From: Steroidobacteraceae bacterium
GTDB lineage: Bacteria; Pseudomonadota; Gammaproteobacteria; Steroidobacterales; Steroidobacteraceae
Length of the DNA: 64,000 bases
Assembly (NCBI GenBank): GCA_041395505.1
Contig: JAWLAG010000002.1
Location: 555,556 to 619,555, forward strand
Direction of reading: 5' to 3'
Below, one piece after another: positions 19,667 through 29,489 of this stretch. The stretch's first letter is position 1. Each line of letters starts with the position of its first letter. The notes under the pieces were generated by a model. That model was not told where the DNA came from and did no database searches. It was given only the letters and a program-made list of their open reading frames with translations. The position numbers were made by a program, and so were the translations under genes.

Positions 19667-21286
19667 ATGTATCGAGTCACGCTCAAGGAATCGCTGTTTC
19701 CGGCACAGGACGGTGAGCCGGAAAACCTGACGACCATCGGCGCCATGCTGCGCCGATCGGTTGCCGCTGCACCCGAACGGGTTGCACTCAAGGAAATTGG
19801 CCAGGATGGCGCAGTTGGGCGCGTCTGGAGTTATGCGCAGTTGCTGGCGGACAGCGAGCGCCTGGCGCGCGCACTGGCATCGCGGCATGCACAGGGCGCA
19901 CGTATCGCCGTCTATGCCAACAATATTCCGGAATGGGTATTGCTCGAACTCGCCTGTGCCTTGGCCGGCGTCACGCTCGTTACCGTCAATCCTGCCTACC
20001 AGAAGCGCGAATTACGCTACGTTCTCGAGCAATCGAGATCGGAAGCCATCTACTACGTCACCGGGTTTCGCGGCAATCCGATGCAGGCCATCGTCGAGGC
20101 CGCGTGCAGCGATTTGTCTTCGGTGCGCCATCGTATACGGCTCACCGATCACGCTGGTCTATTTGCAGGCGAGCATGACGGCAGGCTCCGTGAACCCTCC
20201 CCGCGCGATCCGGTGCAGATCCAGTACACATCGGGCACCACCGGCTTTCCGAAAGGGGCCGTGTTACATCATCAGGGGCTGGTGCAGAATGCCCGTGACG
20301 GTATGGCTCGTTGCGGCGTCGAGCCAGGCGAAGTCGTGATGCACAACATGCCCATGTTTCACACGACCGGCTGCGCGATTCTGGCGATTGGCGGCTTGGG
20401 CGCCGGCGCAACGCTGCTGATGCCACCGCTATTCGACGCAGAGATGATCGTGAACGTGATCGCCAGGGAGCGAGCCGGATTCATTCTCGCGGTGCCCACC
20501 ATGCTCGTCGCACTGATCGACGCGGCGGAACGCAGCAGCGCCGACATGACGTCGATGCGGCACATCATGTCCGGCGGCGCCATGGTTGCGCCGGAATTGT
20601 GCCGCCGGGCAAGAGTCGTACTGAATGCACAGGTTCAGATTGTCTATGGCCAGACGGAGACCTCACCTCTCATTACACAAGCCTGGCACGACGACAGCAT
20701 CGAGGACCTGACAGGCACGATCGGCCAGCCAATGCCTCACACCGAGGTGTCCATACGCGATCCCGCGAGTAACGCCGTGGTACCGATCGGCGCCCAGGGC
20801 GAAATCTGCTGTCGAGGTTATCAGAACATGCTGGGCTACAACGACAACCCCGAGGCGACCGCGAAGGCCATCGACAGCGAGGGCTGGTTGCATACCGGTG
20901 ACCTCGGCACGATGGATGCGCGCGGCTATCTCAAGATCACCGGCCGCGTCAAGGAAATGATCATACGCGGCGGCGAGAATCTCTTTCCGGCGGAAATCGA
21001 AAACGCCCTGCTCGAGCACGAGGCGATTGCCGAGGTTGCCGTGGTCGGTGTGCCGGACGGGAAATGGGGCGAGCAGGTCGCCTGCTTCATGCGGGCGGCG
21101 ACCGGGGAGCGGCCAGACGCAACCGCCCTTAAGGCCTTCATACGCGAACGCCTTTCACCGCAGAAAACGCCGCGATACTGGGTTTGGGTCGATGCCTGGC
21201 CGCTCACCGGCTCGGGCAAGATCCAGAAATTCCGGTTGCGCGAGCAATTCGAGGCGGGCGAATTCGCGCTGGAGAGGAAGGCGTAG
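19667..21286 (+). CDS. AMP-dependent acyl-CoA synthetase/ligase
   Basis: AMP-binding motif IQYTSGTTGFPKGAVLHHQGL. Adenylate-forming family core motifs GEICCRGYQNMLGY and GWLHTGDLG..DARGYLKITGRVKE. Confidence 0.9.
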   Translation: MYRVTLKESLFPAQDGEPENLTTIGAMLRRSVAAAPERVALKEIGQDGAVGRVWSYAQLLADSERLARALASRHAQGARIAVYANNIPEWVLLELACALAGVTLVTVNPAYQKRELRYVLEQSRSEAIYYVTGFRGNPMQAIVEAACSDLSSVRHRIRLTDHAGLFAGEHDGRLREPSPRDPVQIQYTSGTTGFPKGAVLHHQGLVQNARDGMARCGVEPGEVVMHNMPMFHTTGCAILAIGGLGAGATLLMPPLFDAEMIVNVIARERAGFILAVPTMLVALIDAAERSSADMTSMRHIMSGGAMVAPELCRRARVVLNAQVQIVYGQTETSPLITQAWHDDSIEDLTGTIGQPMPHTEVSIRDPASNAVVPIGAQGEICCRGYQNMLGYNDNPEATAKAIDSEGWLHTGDLGTMDARGYLKITGRVKEMIIRGGENLFPAEIENALLEHEAIAEVAVVGVPDGKWGEQVACFMRAATGERPDATALKAFIRERLSPQKTPRYWVWVDAWPLTGSGKIQKFRLREQFEAGEFALERKA

Positions 21287-21294
21287 TCCGTTTA

Positions 21295-21367
21295 TGGGCC
21301 CGGTAGGATTCGAACCTACAACCAAGGGATTATGAGTCCCCTGCACTAACCGTTGTGCTACAGGCCC
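21295..21367 (-). tRNA. tRNA-Met (anticodon CAT; could also be tRNA-Ile2 if lysidinylated)
   Basis: Reverse complement folds as a cloverleaf: acceptor GGGCCTG/CGGGCCC, anticodon stem GGGGA/TCCCT with loop CTCATAA, T-arm GGTTCGAATCC. G1-C72 pair argues for an elongator rather than an initiator. CCA not encoded. Confidence 0.85.
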
Positions 21368-21524
21368 GTCGCGGCAAGCCCGTTATTCTAACAAGCCGGC
21401 GGGTCAGGTTCAGGCGCTACACTATATATATGTCGCGCCGGCCGTTTGGTCGGCCCGGGCGCGTATTGGATTCCCGCCCGGGCAGAGGTTAGCATCGCCT
21501 CCCCCGCCTACAGGAGTCACTCAC

Positions 21525-22136
21525 ATGAAGCTCTACTATACGCCCGGTGCCTGTTCACTGGCTCCGCATATCGCATTGCATGAGATCGGCGCGAAGTTCG
21601 AAACCGAAAAAGTGGATCTCGCCAAACACACGACGGCGAGCGGCGCGGACTACGTGAAGACGGTCACGTCCAAGGGCTACGTCCCAGCCCTGCAACTCGA
21701 CGATGGCAGCGTGCTGACGGAAGTTGGTGCCATCCTCAATTACCTGGCTGATCAAAAGCCCGCCGCGGGACTTGCGCCCGCAGCAGGCACCATGCCGCGC
21801 TACCGGCTGCTCGAGTGGCTCAATTACATCAGTTCGGAAGTGCACAAGAGCTTCAGCCCGATGTTTGCGCCAGGGGCGACCGATGACATGAAATCACTTG
21901 CGCTGGCGAACGTCGGCCGGCGCTTCGACTGGTTGTCGGGGCAGCTCAAGGATCGCAAGTTCCTGCTGGGAGATCAGTTTTCGGTTGCTGACATCTACCT
22001 GTTCACCGTGCTCGGCTGGACGAAGTTCGTGAACATCGATCTAGGCAAGTGGCCGGTACTCGCGAAATACAGCGCGTCCATTGGCAGCCGACCCGCCGTG
22101 CAGGGCGCGCTGCGCGCCGAAGGGTTGATGAAGTGA
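21525..22136 (+). CDS. Glutathione S-transferase
   Basis: AGGAG Shine-Dalgarno. MKLYYTPGACSLAPHIALHE..GYVPALQLDDGSVLTEVGAILNYLAD is a typical GST N-terminal thioredoxin-like domain, with a GST C-terminal helical domain. Confidence 0.9.
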   Translation: MKLYYTPGACSLAPHIALHEIGAKFETEKVDLAKHTTASGADYVKTVTSKGYVPALQLDDGSVLTEVGAILNYLADQKPAAGLAPAAGTMPRYRLLEWLNYISSEVHKSFSPMFAPGATDDMKSLALANVGRRFDWLSGQLKDRKFLLGDQFSVADIYLFTVLGWTKFVNIDLGKWPVLAKYSASIGSRPAVQGALRAEGLMK

Positions 22137-22453
22137 ATCCGTCATCTGGCGATCGTCCCGGATACCTGCTCGTTCAGGGTATCGTGACCGACCCGGAAGG
22201 GTTCAAGGCGTACAACGCTGCCCTGCCGCCGATCTACGAGAAATACGGCGGCCGGCACATCGCGCTGACTCCCGCACCAAAGGTCGAAGTCGCGGAGGGC
22301 AATGCGGAGATGCGCAGCATCGTGCTGTCGCGCTTCCCATCGAAGGCGGCTGCCTGGGCGTTCTGGAATTCTCCCGAGTACGCTGCGGCGAAGAAATTGC
22401 GTGAAGGCAAAGGCGAGTTCTTCGTCGCCGTACTCGAAGGCCTGCCCGAGTAA
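22133..22453 (+). CDS. DUF1330-domain protein
   Basis: In-frame GTG overlaps the GST stop (GTGA). YLLVQGIVTDPEGFKAYNAALPPIYEKYGGRHIAL..FWNSPEY matches DUF1330. The longer ORF from 22049 would overlap GST in another frame. Confidence 0.65.
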   Translation: MNPSSGDRPGYLLVQGIVTDPEGFKAYNAALPPIYEKYGGRHIALTPAPKVEVAEGNAEMRSIVLSRFPSKAAAWAFWNSPEYAAAKKLREGKGEFFVAVLEGLPE

Positions 22454-22461
22454 CGGCCACT

Positions 22462-24387
22462 TTGATTCGGGCCACCACTTTTGCCCAACTGCTGGCGCTG
22501 CGAATGAGCCGCCGGCAGTTCATCGGCGCGGGATCGGCGACGGTTGCGAATCTCGCCGTCGTCGGCTGCACGGGTGTCGGTGCGAGAGCGCTGCCGACAG
22601 GATCACAGCCGTCCGCATTTGACGCAATCAAACCCGGGCGGGAGGACGCACTGCGGCTTGCCCGCGGCTATCGCTACGATGTGATCGCACGCTGGGGCGA
22701 TGCGATTTTCAGTGATGACACCTCCCTCACCGGGGATGAAATACTCGCTGGCAAGCTCACGAGTGACGCGGCCGCAACGAGGCAGCTCGGGTGCATGGGC
22801 ACCAATTGCGATGGTATCGCCTACTTTGGCGACGCCGGCAGCTCGGCGCGCGGCGTTTTGTGCGTCAACAATGAGTTCGTGACGGCGGCGCTGACCTTTG
22901 CGGCTATCGCCGACTCGTCCGCGGGCCGCGCTGCAGGTCGCGAAGATTGGACAAGGCAAAATCCCCAGGCCGTCTCGTTCATGCAGGCCGCGCACGGCAT
23001 CAGCATCGTCGAGGTCGCGCGCTCATCGGGTCGATGGAAGATGCTGCGTGGCGGGCGGCGCAATCGCCGCATCTGCGCGACGACGCCGATCGCGATCGCT
23101 GGCCCGGCGGCGGGCGCTGCACTCCTGCGTACCCGCGCCGACCCGCAGGGCCGTACGGTGCTCGGGACGTTCGCCAATTGTTCGGCCGGCCGCACACCCT
23201 GGGGAACCTACCTCAGTGCCGAGGAGAACATCGACGATTACTTTGGCGGCAGCACCGATTGGCTCGCCGGCGAGCCGGACGCGGCGGTGCGCGATGCACA
23301 TCGGCGATTTCCGCTGCTGCAGCGCAGCCTCTATGGCTGGGAGTATGTCGACACGCGTTTCGATGTGCGAAGCAACCCGACCGAGCCATTGCGTCATGGC
23401 TGGATCGTCGAAGTCGATCCGCAGGACCCGGCGAGCCGACCGGTCAAGCGAACCGCGCTCGGTCGTTTCTCGCACGAAAGCGCCAATAGCGCGACAAGCC
23501 GTGATGGCCGGCTGGTCGTGTACATGGGTGATGACGACGAATTCGAATACATCTACAAGTTCGTGACGCGCGACGTCGTCAATCCCGTCGATCGACGCGC
23601 CAACCGCGATCTACTGGACAACGGTACGCTCTATGTGGCGCGCTTCGATGCGGACGGCAGCGGCCAATGGCTGCCACTGCGCTTCGATCCGAAGGGGCCG
23701 CTCGGGCCCGGGAGCGGTTTCGCTTCGGAGGCCGATGTCGTGATTCGGGCGCGCGCCGCGGCGGATCTTCTTGGCGCGACCCCGATGGACCGGCCGGAAG
23801 ATATCGAGCCCGATGCACGTAGCGGCCGTGTCTATATCGCCTGCACCAAGAACCCCGATCGCAGCGCGAACCCGGGCGAAAAGCAATGGTCCGGCAGGCT
23901 GATCGACACCGGTGTCGATGCAGCCAACCCACGCGCCAACAACCGCCGCGGCCACATTATCGAATTGAGCGAGAACGACGGCGATATGGCGGCATTGCGC
24001 TTCACCTGGGAGGTGTTCGTGTTTGCCGGCGGCGATGGCGCCGGCGCCGCGATGGCCTGTCCGGATAATCTCGCGATCGACCCGTCCGGCCGGCTCTGGG
24101 TGGTGACGGATACCGACGACCGAACACTGGCCAACAATGGCTGCTTCGTCATCGCAACACGAGGCGCTGCGCGCGGGCAACTGCAACAATTGGCCAGCGC
24201 CCCGGTCGGGGCGGAGCTCTCGGGCTGCGAGTTCACGCCTGACGGGCGAACGCTTTTCCTCAGCGTGCAGCATCCTGGCGAGGGTGGCACACTTGACGAA
24301 CCGGTCAGCGATTGGCCGGACGGCGAAGCTGCCCCACCTCGCTCGACGGTGGTTGCCGTCACACGCGATGACAGTGCCACAATCTAG
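22462..24387 (+). CDS. phoX: Alkaline phosphatase PhoX (Tat-exported)
   Basis: Twin-arginine signal MSRRQFIGAGSATVA. Long beta-propeller-like PhoX/DUF839 body with conserved GCMGTNCDG, RTPWGTYLSAEEN and LFLSVQHPGEG blocks. Confidence 0.85.
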   Translation: MIRATTFAQLLALRMSRRQFIGAGSATVANLAVVGCTGVGARALPTGSQPSAFDAIKPGREDALRLARGYRYDVIARWGDAIFSDDTSLTGDEILAGKLTSDAAATRQLGCMGTNCDGIAYFGDAGSSARGVLCVNNEFVTAALTFAAIADSSAGRAAGREDWTRQNPQAVSFMQAAHGISIVEVARSSGRWKMLRGGRRNRRICATTPIAIAGPAAGAALLRTRADPQGRTVLGTFANCSAGRTPWGTYLSAEENIDDYFGGSTDWLAGEPDAAVRDAHRRFPLLQRSLYGWEYVDTRFDVRSNPTEPLRHGWIVEVDPQDPASRPVKRTALGRFSHESANSATSRDGRLVVYMGDDDEFEYIYKFVTRDVVNPVDRRANRDLLDNGTLYVARFDADGSGQWLPLRFDPKGPLGPGSGFASEADVVIRARAAADLLGATPMDRPEDIEPDARSGRVYIACTKNPDRSANPGEKQWSGRLIDTGVDAANPRANNRRGHIIELSENDGDMAALRFTWEVFVFAGGDGAGAAMACPDNLAIDPSGRLWVVTDTDDRTLANNGCFVIATRGAARGQLQQLASAPVGAELSGCEFTPDGRTLFLSVQHPGEGGTLDEPVSDWPDGEAAPPRSTVVAVTRDDSATI

Positions 24388-24401
24388 TCTGGAGAAGAAG
24401 C

Positions 24402-25076
24402 GTGTCGATCCTGCTCAACGAACATGAAGCCCGGGTCCTCGGCTGTCTGATGGAAAAATCCGTGCTGACACCGGACCAGTATCCGCTCACGCTCAACTCC
24501 CTGACCAATGCCTGCAACCAGAAATCATCGCGCGAGCCTGTCATGGCAATGGATCCGGGTGAGGCACAGGCGGCTGTGCGCAGTCTTGCGGACAAGCACC
24601 TGGTGCACATCGAGGAGAACTTCCGCCGTGGCGTCGAGAAGTACAAACAACGCTTCTGCAATACGACGTTCAGCGATCTTCAGTTCGACAACGCCGAGTT
24701 CGCGATCATTTGCCTCTTGCTGTTGCGTGGACCACAGACGCCCGGTGAATTGCGCGCACATAGCGGCCGTCTGCACGATTTTGCCGACAATGAAGCAGTG
24801 GCGACGACGCTCGATGCACTGCAGAATCGCGGCGGCGAGGCGCTCATCGTCAAACTGCCGCGCCGCACCGGCCGCAAGGACAGCGAGTACATGCATCTGC
24901 TCTGCGGTCCGGTCGATTTCGCCGCCGAGGCCACCGTCACGACCAGTCCGCCGGCGACGACCCGCTCAACAACGGGCGAAACGCTGGGCGAGCGAGTCGC
25001 GCGGCTCGAGCACGAAGTGCAGTCGCTTCGTGAGCGCATCGACAACCTGACCGCGGCCGGACAGGTCGCGGACTGA
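24402..25076 (+). CDS. yceH: YceH-family (DUF480/UPF0502) protein
   Basis: N-terminus LNEHEARVLGCLMEKSVLTPDQYPLTLNSL..C and C-terminal coiled coil match the YceH family. Confidence 0.8.
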   Translation: MSILLNEHEARVLGCLMEKSVLTPDQYPLTLNSLTNACNQKSSREPVMAMDPGEAQAAVRSLADKHLVHIEENFRRGVEKYKQRFCNTTFSDLQFDNAEFAIICLLLLRGPQTPGELRAHSGRLHDFADNEAVATTLDALQNRGGEALIVKLPRRTGRKDSEYMHLLCGPVDFAAEATVTTSPPATTRSTTGETLGERVARLEHEVQSLRERIDNLTAAGQVAD

Positions 25077-25079
25077 GTC

Positions 25080-26315
25080 ATGAATTCATCCGAGCTTCTC
25101 AAGGAAATTCGCATCGATCGCAGCGGCGATGGAAATGACGGCAACAGCGCGATGCGCCGCTGGTGGATTCTCGCAGCGCTGGCGGTGCTTGTGGCGCTTG
25201 CGCTCGCATTCCTGTTCCTGCGAAAACCCGCCCTGGAGGTCGATGTCGTGCAGGCCGAGACCGCAACGGCCGACAAAGGCGCAGGCTCGGTGCTGGACGC
25301 TACTGGCTATGTGGTCGCGCGCCGGCAAGCAACAGTGTCGGCGAAAGTGACCGGCAAGGTGAGCGAAGTCCTTATCGAGGAAGGCATGCACGTCAAACAA
25401 GGTGACATCATGGCGCGCCTCGACGATGCCGATGCCCGATCACAACTCGAACTTGCGAATGCGCAGGTTTTTGCCGCCCGATCGCAGGCGGACGAGATCA
25501 GCGCCAATCTCGCGAGCGCGCAGCGCGACCTCAAGCGCCAGGAGGAACTGACAGAACGCAAACTGACCAGTCTGCAGAATCTCGACGCGGCCCGCACGCT
25601 GGTCGATGCGCTCACCGCCCGGCTGCAGAGCCAGCGTCGGCTCGCGGGCGTCGCCGAAGAGCAGCGCGCCGTTGCGCAGGTGCAGCTGGACAATACCGTG
25701 GTCCGCGCACCCTTTGACGGTGTTGTCACCGTCAAGGCCGCGCAGCCTGGCGAAATGGTCTCGCCGCTGTCCGCAGGTGGCGGATTTACCCGCACGGGGA
25801 TCGGCACGCTGGTCGACATGAACTCCCTCGAGATCGAGGTCGACGTCAACGAGAGCTACATCAACCGTGTCCGACCCGGTCAGGCTGTCGAAGCCGTGCT
25901 GAATGCATATCCCGACTGGGTCATTCCCGCCGAGGTGATCGCCATCATCCCGACCGCCGATCGCGCCAAGGCAACGGTCAAGGTACGCATTGGCCTCAAG
26001 ATCAGGGACGAACGCCTCGTTCCCGAGATGGGTGTGCGTGTCGCGTTTCTCCAGGACGCGAATTCGCTCGAGAGCGCGGCGGCCAATCGGCCAGCGGTGC
26101 TGGTCCCGGCGTCAGCATTGCGCGATGATGGCGGTACGGACATCGTATTCATCGTGCGCGACGGCAAGGCCCTGCGCCGCGCGGTCACAGCCGGCACCAC
26201 CATGCAGGAGCAGAGGCAGATACTCGGCGGGGTGAGTCCGGGAGACAAGGTCATAGTGGCGCCTCCCGCCGGGCTGGCGGACGGCACTGCCGTGCGGGTT
26301 CGGCAGACCAACTGA
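25080..26315 (+). CDS. Efflux periplasmic adaptor (HlyD/MacA-like membrane fusion protein)
   Basis: N-terminal TM helix, coiled-coil hairpin, lipoyl and beta-barrel regions typical of membrane fusion proteins. Start is 4 bp after the yceH stop. Confidence 0.85.
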   Translation: MNSSELLKEIRIDRSGDGNDGNSAMRRWWILAALAVLVALALAFLFLRKPALEVDVVQAETATADKGAGSVLDATGYVVARRQATVSAKVTGKVSEVLIEEGMHVKQGDIMARLDDADARSQLELANAQVFAARSQADEISANLASAQRDLKRQEELTERKLTSLQNLDAARTLVDALTARLQSQRRLAGVAEEQRAVAQVQLDNTVVRAPFDGVVTVKAAQPGEMVSPLSAGGGFTRTGIGTLVDMNSLEIEVDVNESYINRVRPGQAVEAVLNAYPDWVIPAEVIAIIPTADRAKATVKVRIGLKIRDERLVPEMGVRVAFLQDANSLESAAANRPAVLVPASALRDDGGTDIVFIVRDGKALRRAVTAGTTMQEQRQILGGVSPGDKVIVAPPAGLADGTAVRVRQTN

Positions 26316-26332
26316 TAACGATCGAGGACAGC

Positions 26333-27022
26333 ATGACGGAACCCATGGTCAAGGTCAGCCACGTCAACAAGGCCTATGCACGTGGCAAGCAGGAGATCGA
26401 GGTGCTGCACGATATCAGCCTCGAGATTTCCAAGGGCGATTTCGTGGCCATGATGGGACCGTCCGGATCGGGCAAGACCACGCTGCTGAACCTCATCGGC
26501 GGCCTCGACCAGCCATCCAGCGGCGAGGTCAGCGTCGGCGGTGAGCGGATCGATCGGCTGCGCGGCAGTGCGCTCGCGCGCTGGCGCGCCGCGAACGTCG
26601 GATTCGTGTTCCAGTTCTACAATCTCATGCCGGTGCTCACTGCGCAGAGCAATGTGGAATTGCCTCTGCTGTTGACGAAGCTGAGCGCCGCACAACGGCG
26701 CAAGAACGTGGAGATCGTACTGAGTGTCGTCGGTCTCGCGGACCGCATGCACCACAAACCGAGCGAATTGTCGGGCGGCCAGGAGCAACGAGTCGCCATT
26801 GCGCGTGCGGTCGTCTCCGACCCGCAACTGCTCGTCTGCGACGAACCCACCGGTGACCTCGACCGCTCGACTGCGGATGAAATCCTCTCACTCCTTCAGA
26901 CATTGAACCGGGACCACGGCAAGACCATCATCATGGTCACCCACGACCCGAAGGCCGCGGAATACGCAAAGCGCACCTTGCATCTCGACAAGGGCCGCCT
27001 TGCGGAGCCTGCGACCGCCTGA
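26333..27022 (+). CDS. ABC transporter ATP-binding protein (MacB/LolD-type)
   Basis: Walker A GPSGSGKTT, signature LSGGQEQRVAIARA, Walker B LLVCDEPTGDLD, H-loop. Confidence 0.9.
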   Translation: MTEPMVKVSHVNKAYARGKQEIEVLHDISLEISKGDFVAMMGPSGSGKTTLLNLIGGLDQPSSGEVSVGGERIDRLRGSALARWRAANVGFVFQFYNLMPVLTAQSNVELPLLLTKLSAAQRRKNVEIVLSVVGLADRMHHKPSELSGGQEQRVAIARAVVSDPQLLVCDEPTGDLDRSTADEILSLLQTLNRDHGKTIIMVTHDPKAAEYAKRTLHLDKGRLAEPATA

Positions 27023-27030
27023 GTCATCCG

Positions 27031-28188
27031 ATGACGAGAACCGGTTTCGTAGTTGCCAATCTGTTTCGTCGCAAGACACGCGGCGTGCTCACGCTGCTGT
27101 CCGTGATCAGCGCTTTCCTGTTGTTCGGTCTTTTGCAGGCCGTCAATGTTCTGTTCAATTCGGCGGCGGATTTCGTCGGTGCGACGCGCCTGGTCACCCA
27201 GGCGCGGGTGTCCTTTACGCAGCCGCTGCCGCTCCGGCTGTTGCCGCAATTGAAGGCCGTGCCGGGCGTCAAGGCGGTAACGCACAATCTCTGGTTCGGC
27301 GGCGTTTGGGAGCAGACCAATACGCCTCTGGTGGCCTTCACGGCCGACCCGGCGGGTTTGCACGAGGTCTATCCCGAGTGGGTCATGCCGGAGTCGCAAT
27401 GGCAGGCGTTCGCCAATACGCGCACCGGCATGATCGCCGGGCGCAAGATCGCACAGCAATACGGCTGGAAGGTCGGCCAGAAAATCCCGATGTCCTCGAA
27501 TATTTACCCCAAGAAGGACGGCAGCAAGGCATGGGCATTCGATCTGGTCGGAATCTATGATGGCAAGGATGCCCAATGGCAGAGCCAGACCGTGCAGATC
27601 TATGTCAACCATGAATACTTCGATGAAGAGAACCAGTTCGGCTCGGGGCGAACCAACATCTTCGAACTGGTCATCGACGACCCTTCGCAGGCAGCGGACA
27701 TCGCGCGTCGTGTGGACAAGATGTTCGAGAACTCTCCTGATGAGACCAAGACCCAGACCGAGAAGGATTTCAACGTCGGGTTCGTCAAGCAGCTCGGGGA
27801 TATCGGCCTGATCGTGCGCTGGATACTCTTCGCCGTATTCTTCACCTTGCTGCTCGTCGTCGGCAATACCATGGCGCAGAGTGTTCGCGAGCGCATTCCG
27901 GAGTTCGCCGTCATGAAAACGCTTGGATTCACCGACCGCGGTGTGCTGGGCCTCGTGCTCGCCGAAGCGGTGAGCGTCTGCCTGATCGGCGGCTTGATCG
28001 GCCTGGCGCTGGCAACGGCTGTCGGGGCAATGATCCAGTCCCAGACCGCCAACTTTCCAATCGCGGTCGATGCGACCGTCTGGATTACCGGTCTGGTTGC
28101 CGTGCTCGTCATGAGTCTGGCGGTGGGCGTCTTGCCAGCGCTGCGCGCGCATCGTCTGCGCATCGTGGACGCATTGGCGAATCGATAG
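27031..28188 (+). CDS. ABC transporter permease, FtsX/MacB-type (1 of 2)
   Basis: N-terminal TM, large periplasmic domain, and a C-terminal cluster of three TM helices typical of the FtsX fold. Confidence 0.85.
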   Translation: MTRTGFVVANLFRRKTRGVLTLLSVISAFLLFGLLQAVNVLFNSAADFVGATRLVTQARVSFTQPLPLRLLPQLKAVPGVKAVTHNLWFGGVWEQTNTPLVAFTADPAGLHEVYPEWVMPESQWQAFANTRTGMIAGRKIAQQYGWKVGQKIPMSSNIYPKKDGSKAWAFDLVGIYDGKDAQWQSQTVQIYVNHEYFDEENQFGSGRTNIFELVIDDPSQAADIARRVDKMFENSPDETKTQTEKDFNVGFVKQLGDIGLIVRWILFAVFFTLLLVVGNTMAQSVRERIPEFAVMKTLGFTDRGVLGLVLAEAVSVCLIGGLIGLALATAVGAMIQSQTANFPIAVDATVWITGLVAVLVMSLAVGVLPALRAHRLRIVDALANR

Positions 28189-28200
28189 GCTCGGCGTCGC

Positions 28201-29379
28201 ATGTTCAAGGAGACATCCGCAATCGTCGGCATCAATCTGCGCAGCATCCCGCAGCGCTGGGTGCCGTCGCTGGTCATCGTCGTGGGTCTGGCCGGTGTCG
28301 TCGCGGTCTTCACCGCCCTGCTCGCCATGGCCGAGGGTTTTCGCGCGACCGTGGCCGCGACGGGTCGCAATGACGTCGCCATAGTCCTGCGCGGCGGCTC
28401 CAGCGCGGAACTGAATTCCGGACTGACGCGGGAAGCCGCCCAACTGATCGCCCAGGGGCCGGGGATACGCCGCGATAGCGACAACAAGCCGATCGTTTCA
28501 GCCGAGCTCATCGTCATCGCGGAACTCCTCAAGCGTGACGTCGACAGCAGCGCAAATATCACGGTACGCGGTGTGCATCCACGCAATGGTTTCCTGCTGC
28601 GACCCAACCTCAAGATCACCGACGGCCGCGCCTTCGAACCCGGCCTGCGCGAATTGGTGGTGGGACGTGGCGTCACGCAGCAGTTCGACGGCGCGCAGCT
28701 CGGCGAAACAGTGCGCATGCGAGGTTCGGATTGGCGCATCGTGGGTATTTTCGATTCCCACGATGGCCACGACAGCGAGTTGTGGGCGGATGCCGACGTC
28801 GCGCAGTCGACATTCGCGCGACAGGGTTATAGCTCCGTTTCGGCCCTGCTCGAGACTCCGGCAAGCCTCAAGGGCCTTGCCGATGCGCTCAACCGCGATC
28901 CCCGCCTGGCCGTCGACGTCGAACGCGAGGTCGATTACTACAGCGCCCAGACCAAGCAGTTTCGCGCAACCATCGGCGTCCTCGCCGGCGTGGTGACGCT
29001 CATCATGGGGCTCGGCGCAGTATTTGCCGCGCTCAATACCATGTATGCCGCGGTCGCAGCGCGCGCGCGCGAGATCGCCACCTTGCGTGCCATCGGTTTT
29101 GGTGGGCTGCCCGTCGTGACCTCGGTCCTCCTCGAGGCGCTGCTGCTGTCACTCATCGGCGGCGCCATCGGCGCGGCGATTGCCTATGTGCTTTTCAACA
29201 ACGTGACGGCATCCACCCTCGGCAGCAGCTTCACGCAGATCGTGTTCAGTTTCAGGGTAACGCCGGGGCTCGTGCTGCGTGGGCTGATGATCGCGGTGAT
29301 TGTCGGCATGGTCGGCGGCCTGCTGCCAGCTATCCGCGCCGCCAGGCTTCCGGTGACGACCGCACTGCGCGCGCTTTAG
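28201..29379 (+). CDS. ABC transporter permease, FtsX/MacB-type (2 of 2)
   Basis: Same architecture as the preceding permease, and paralogous to it. Confidence 0.85.
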   Translation: MFKETSAIVGINLRSIPQRWVPSLVIVVGLAGVVAVFTALLAMAEGFRATVAATGRNDVAIVLRGGSSAELNSGLTREAAQLIAQGPGIRRDSDNKPIVSAELIVIAELLKRDVDSSANITVRGVHPRNGFLLRPNLKITDGRAFEPGLRELVVGRGVTQQFDGAQLGETVRMRGSDWRIVGIFDSHDGHDSELWADADVAQSTFARQGYSSVSALLETPASLKGLADALNRDPRLAVDVEREVDYYSAQTKQFRATIGVLAGVVTLIMGLGAVFAALNTMYAAVAARAREIATLRAIGFGGLPVVTSVLLEALLLSLIGGAIGAAIAYVLFNNVTASTLGSSFTQIVFSFRVTPGLVLRGLMIAVIVGMVGGLLPAIRAARLPVTTALRAL

Positions 29380-29489
29380 GAAAACTTCGCAGCGATTACT
29401 ACGGCGCGGTATCGACGTTCGTCCCGTGTCACTTGCATTGCGCCCGCGCGTTGGCAATGCTTCGTTGCATCGACGACTGGAGGCTCATC

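Noticed and set aside
21287-21524. Possible genomic-island insertion at tRNA-Met
   Set aside because: The tRNA 3' end abuts the acyl-CoA synthetase stop. Flanking genes (GST, DUF1330, phoX) are ordinary, and there is no integrase or direct repeat of the tRNA 3' end visible in the window.
26896-28443. 515-aa ORF antisense to the FtsX permease genes
   Set aside because: It overlaps two well-supported permease genes. The product is low-complexity and Arg/Gly/Asp-rich. GC artefact.
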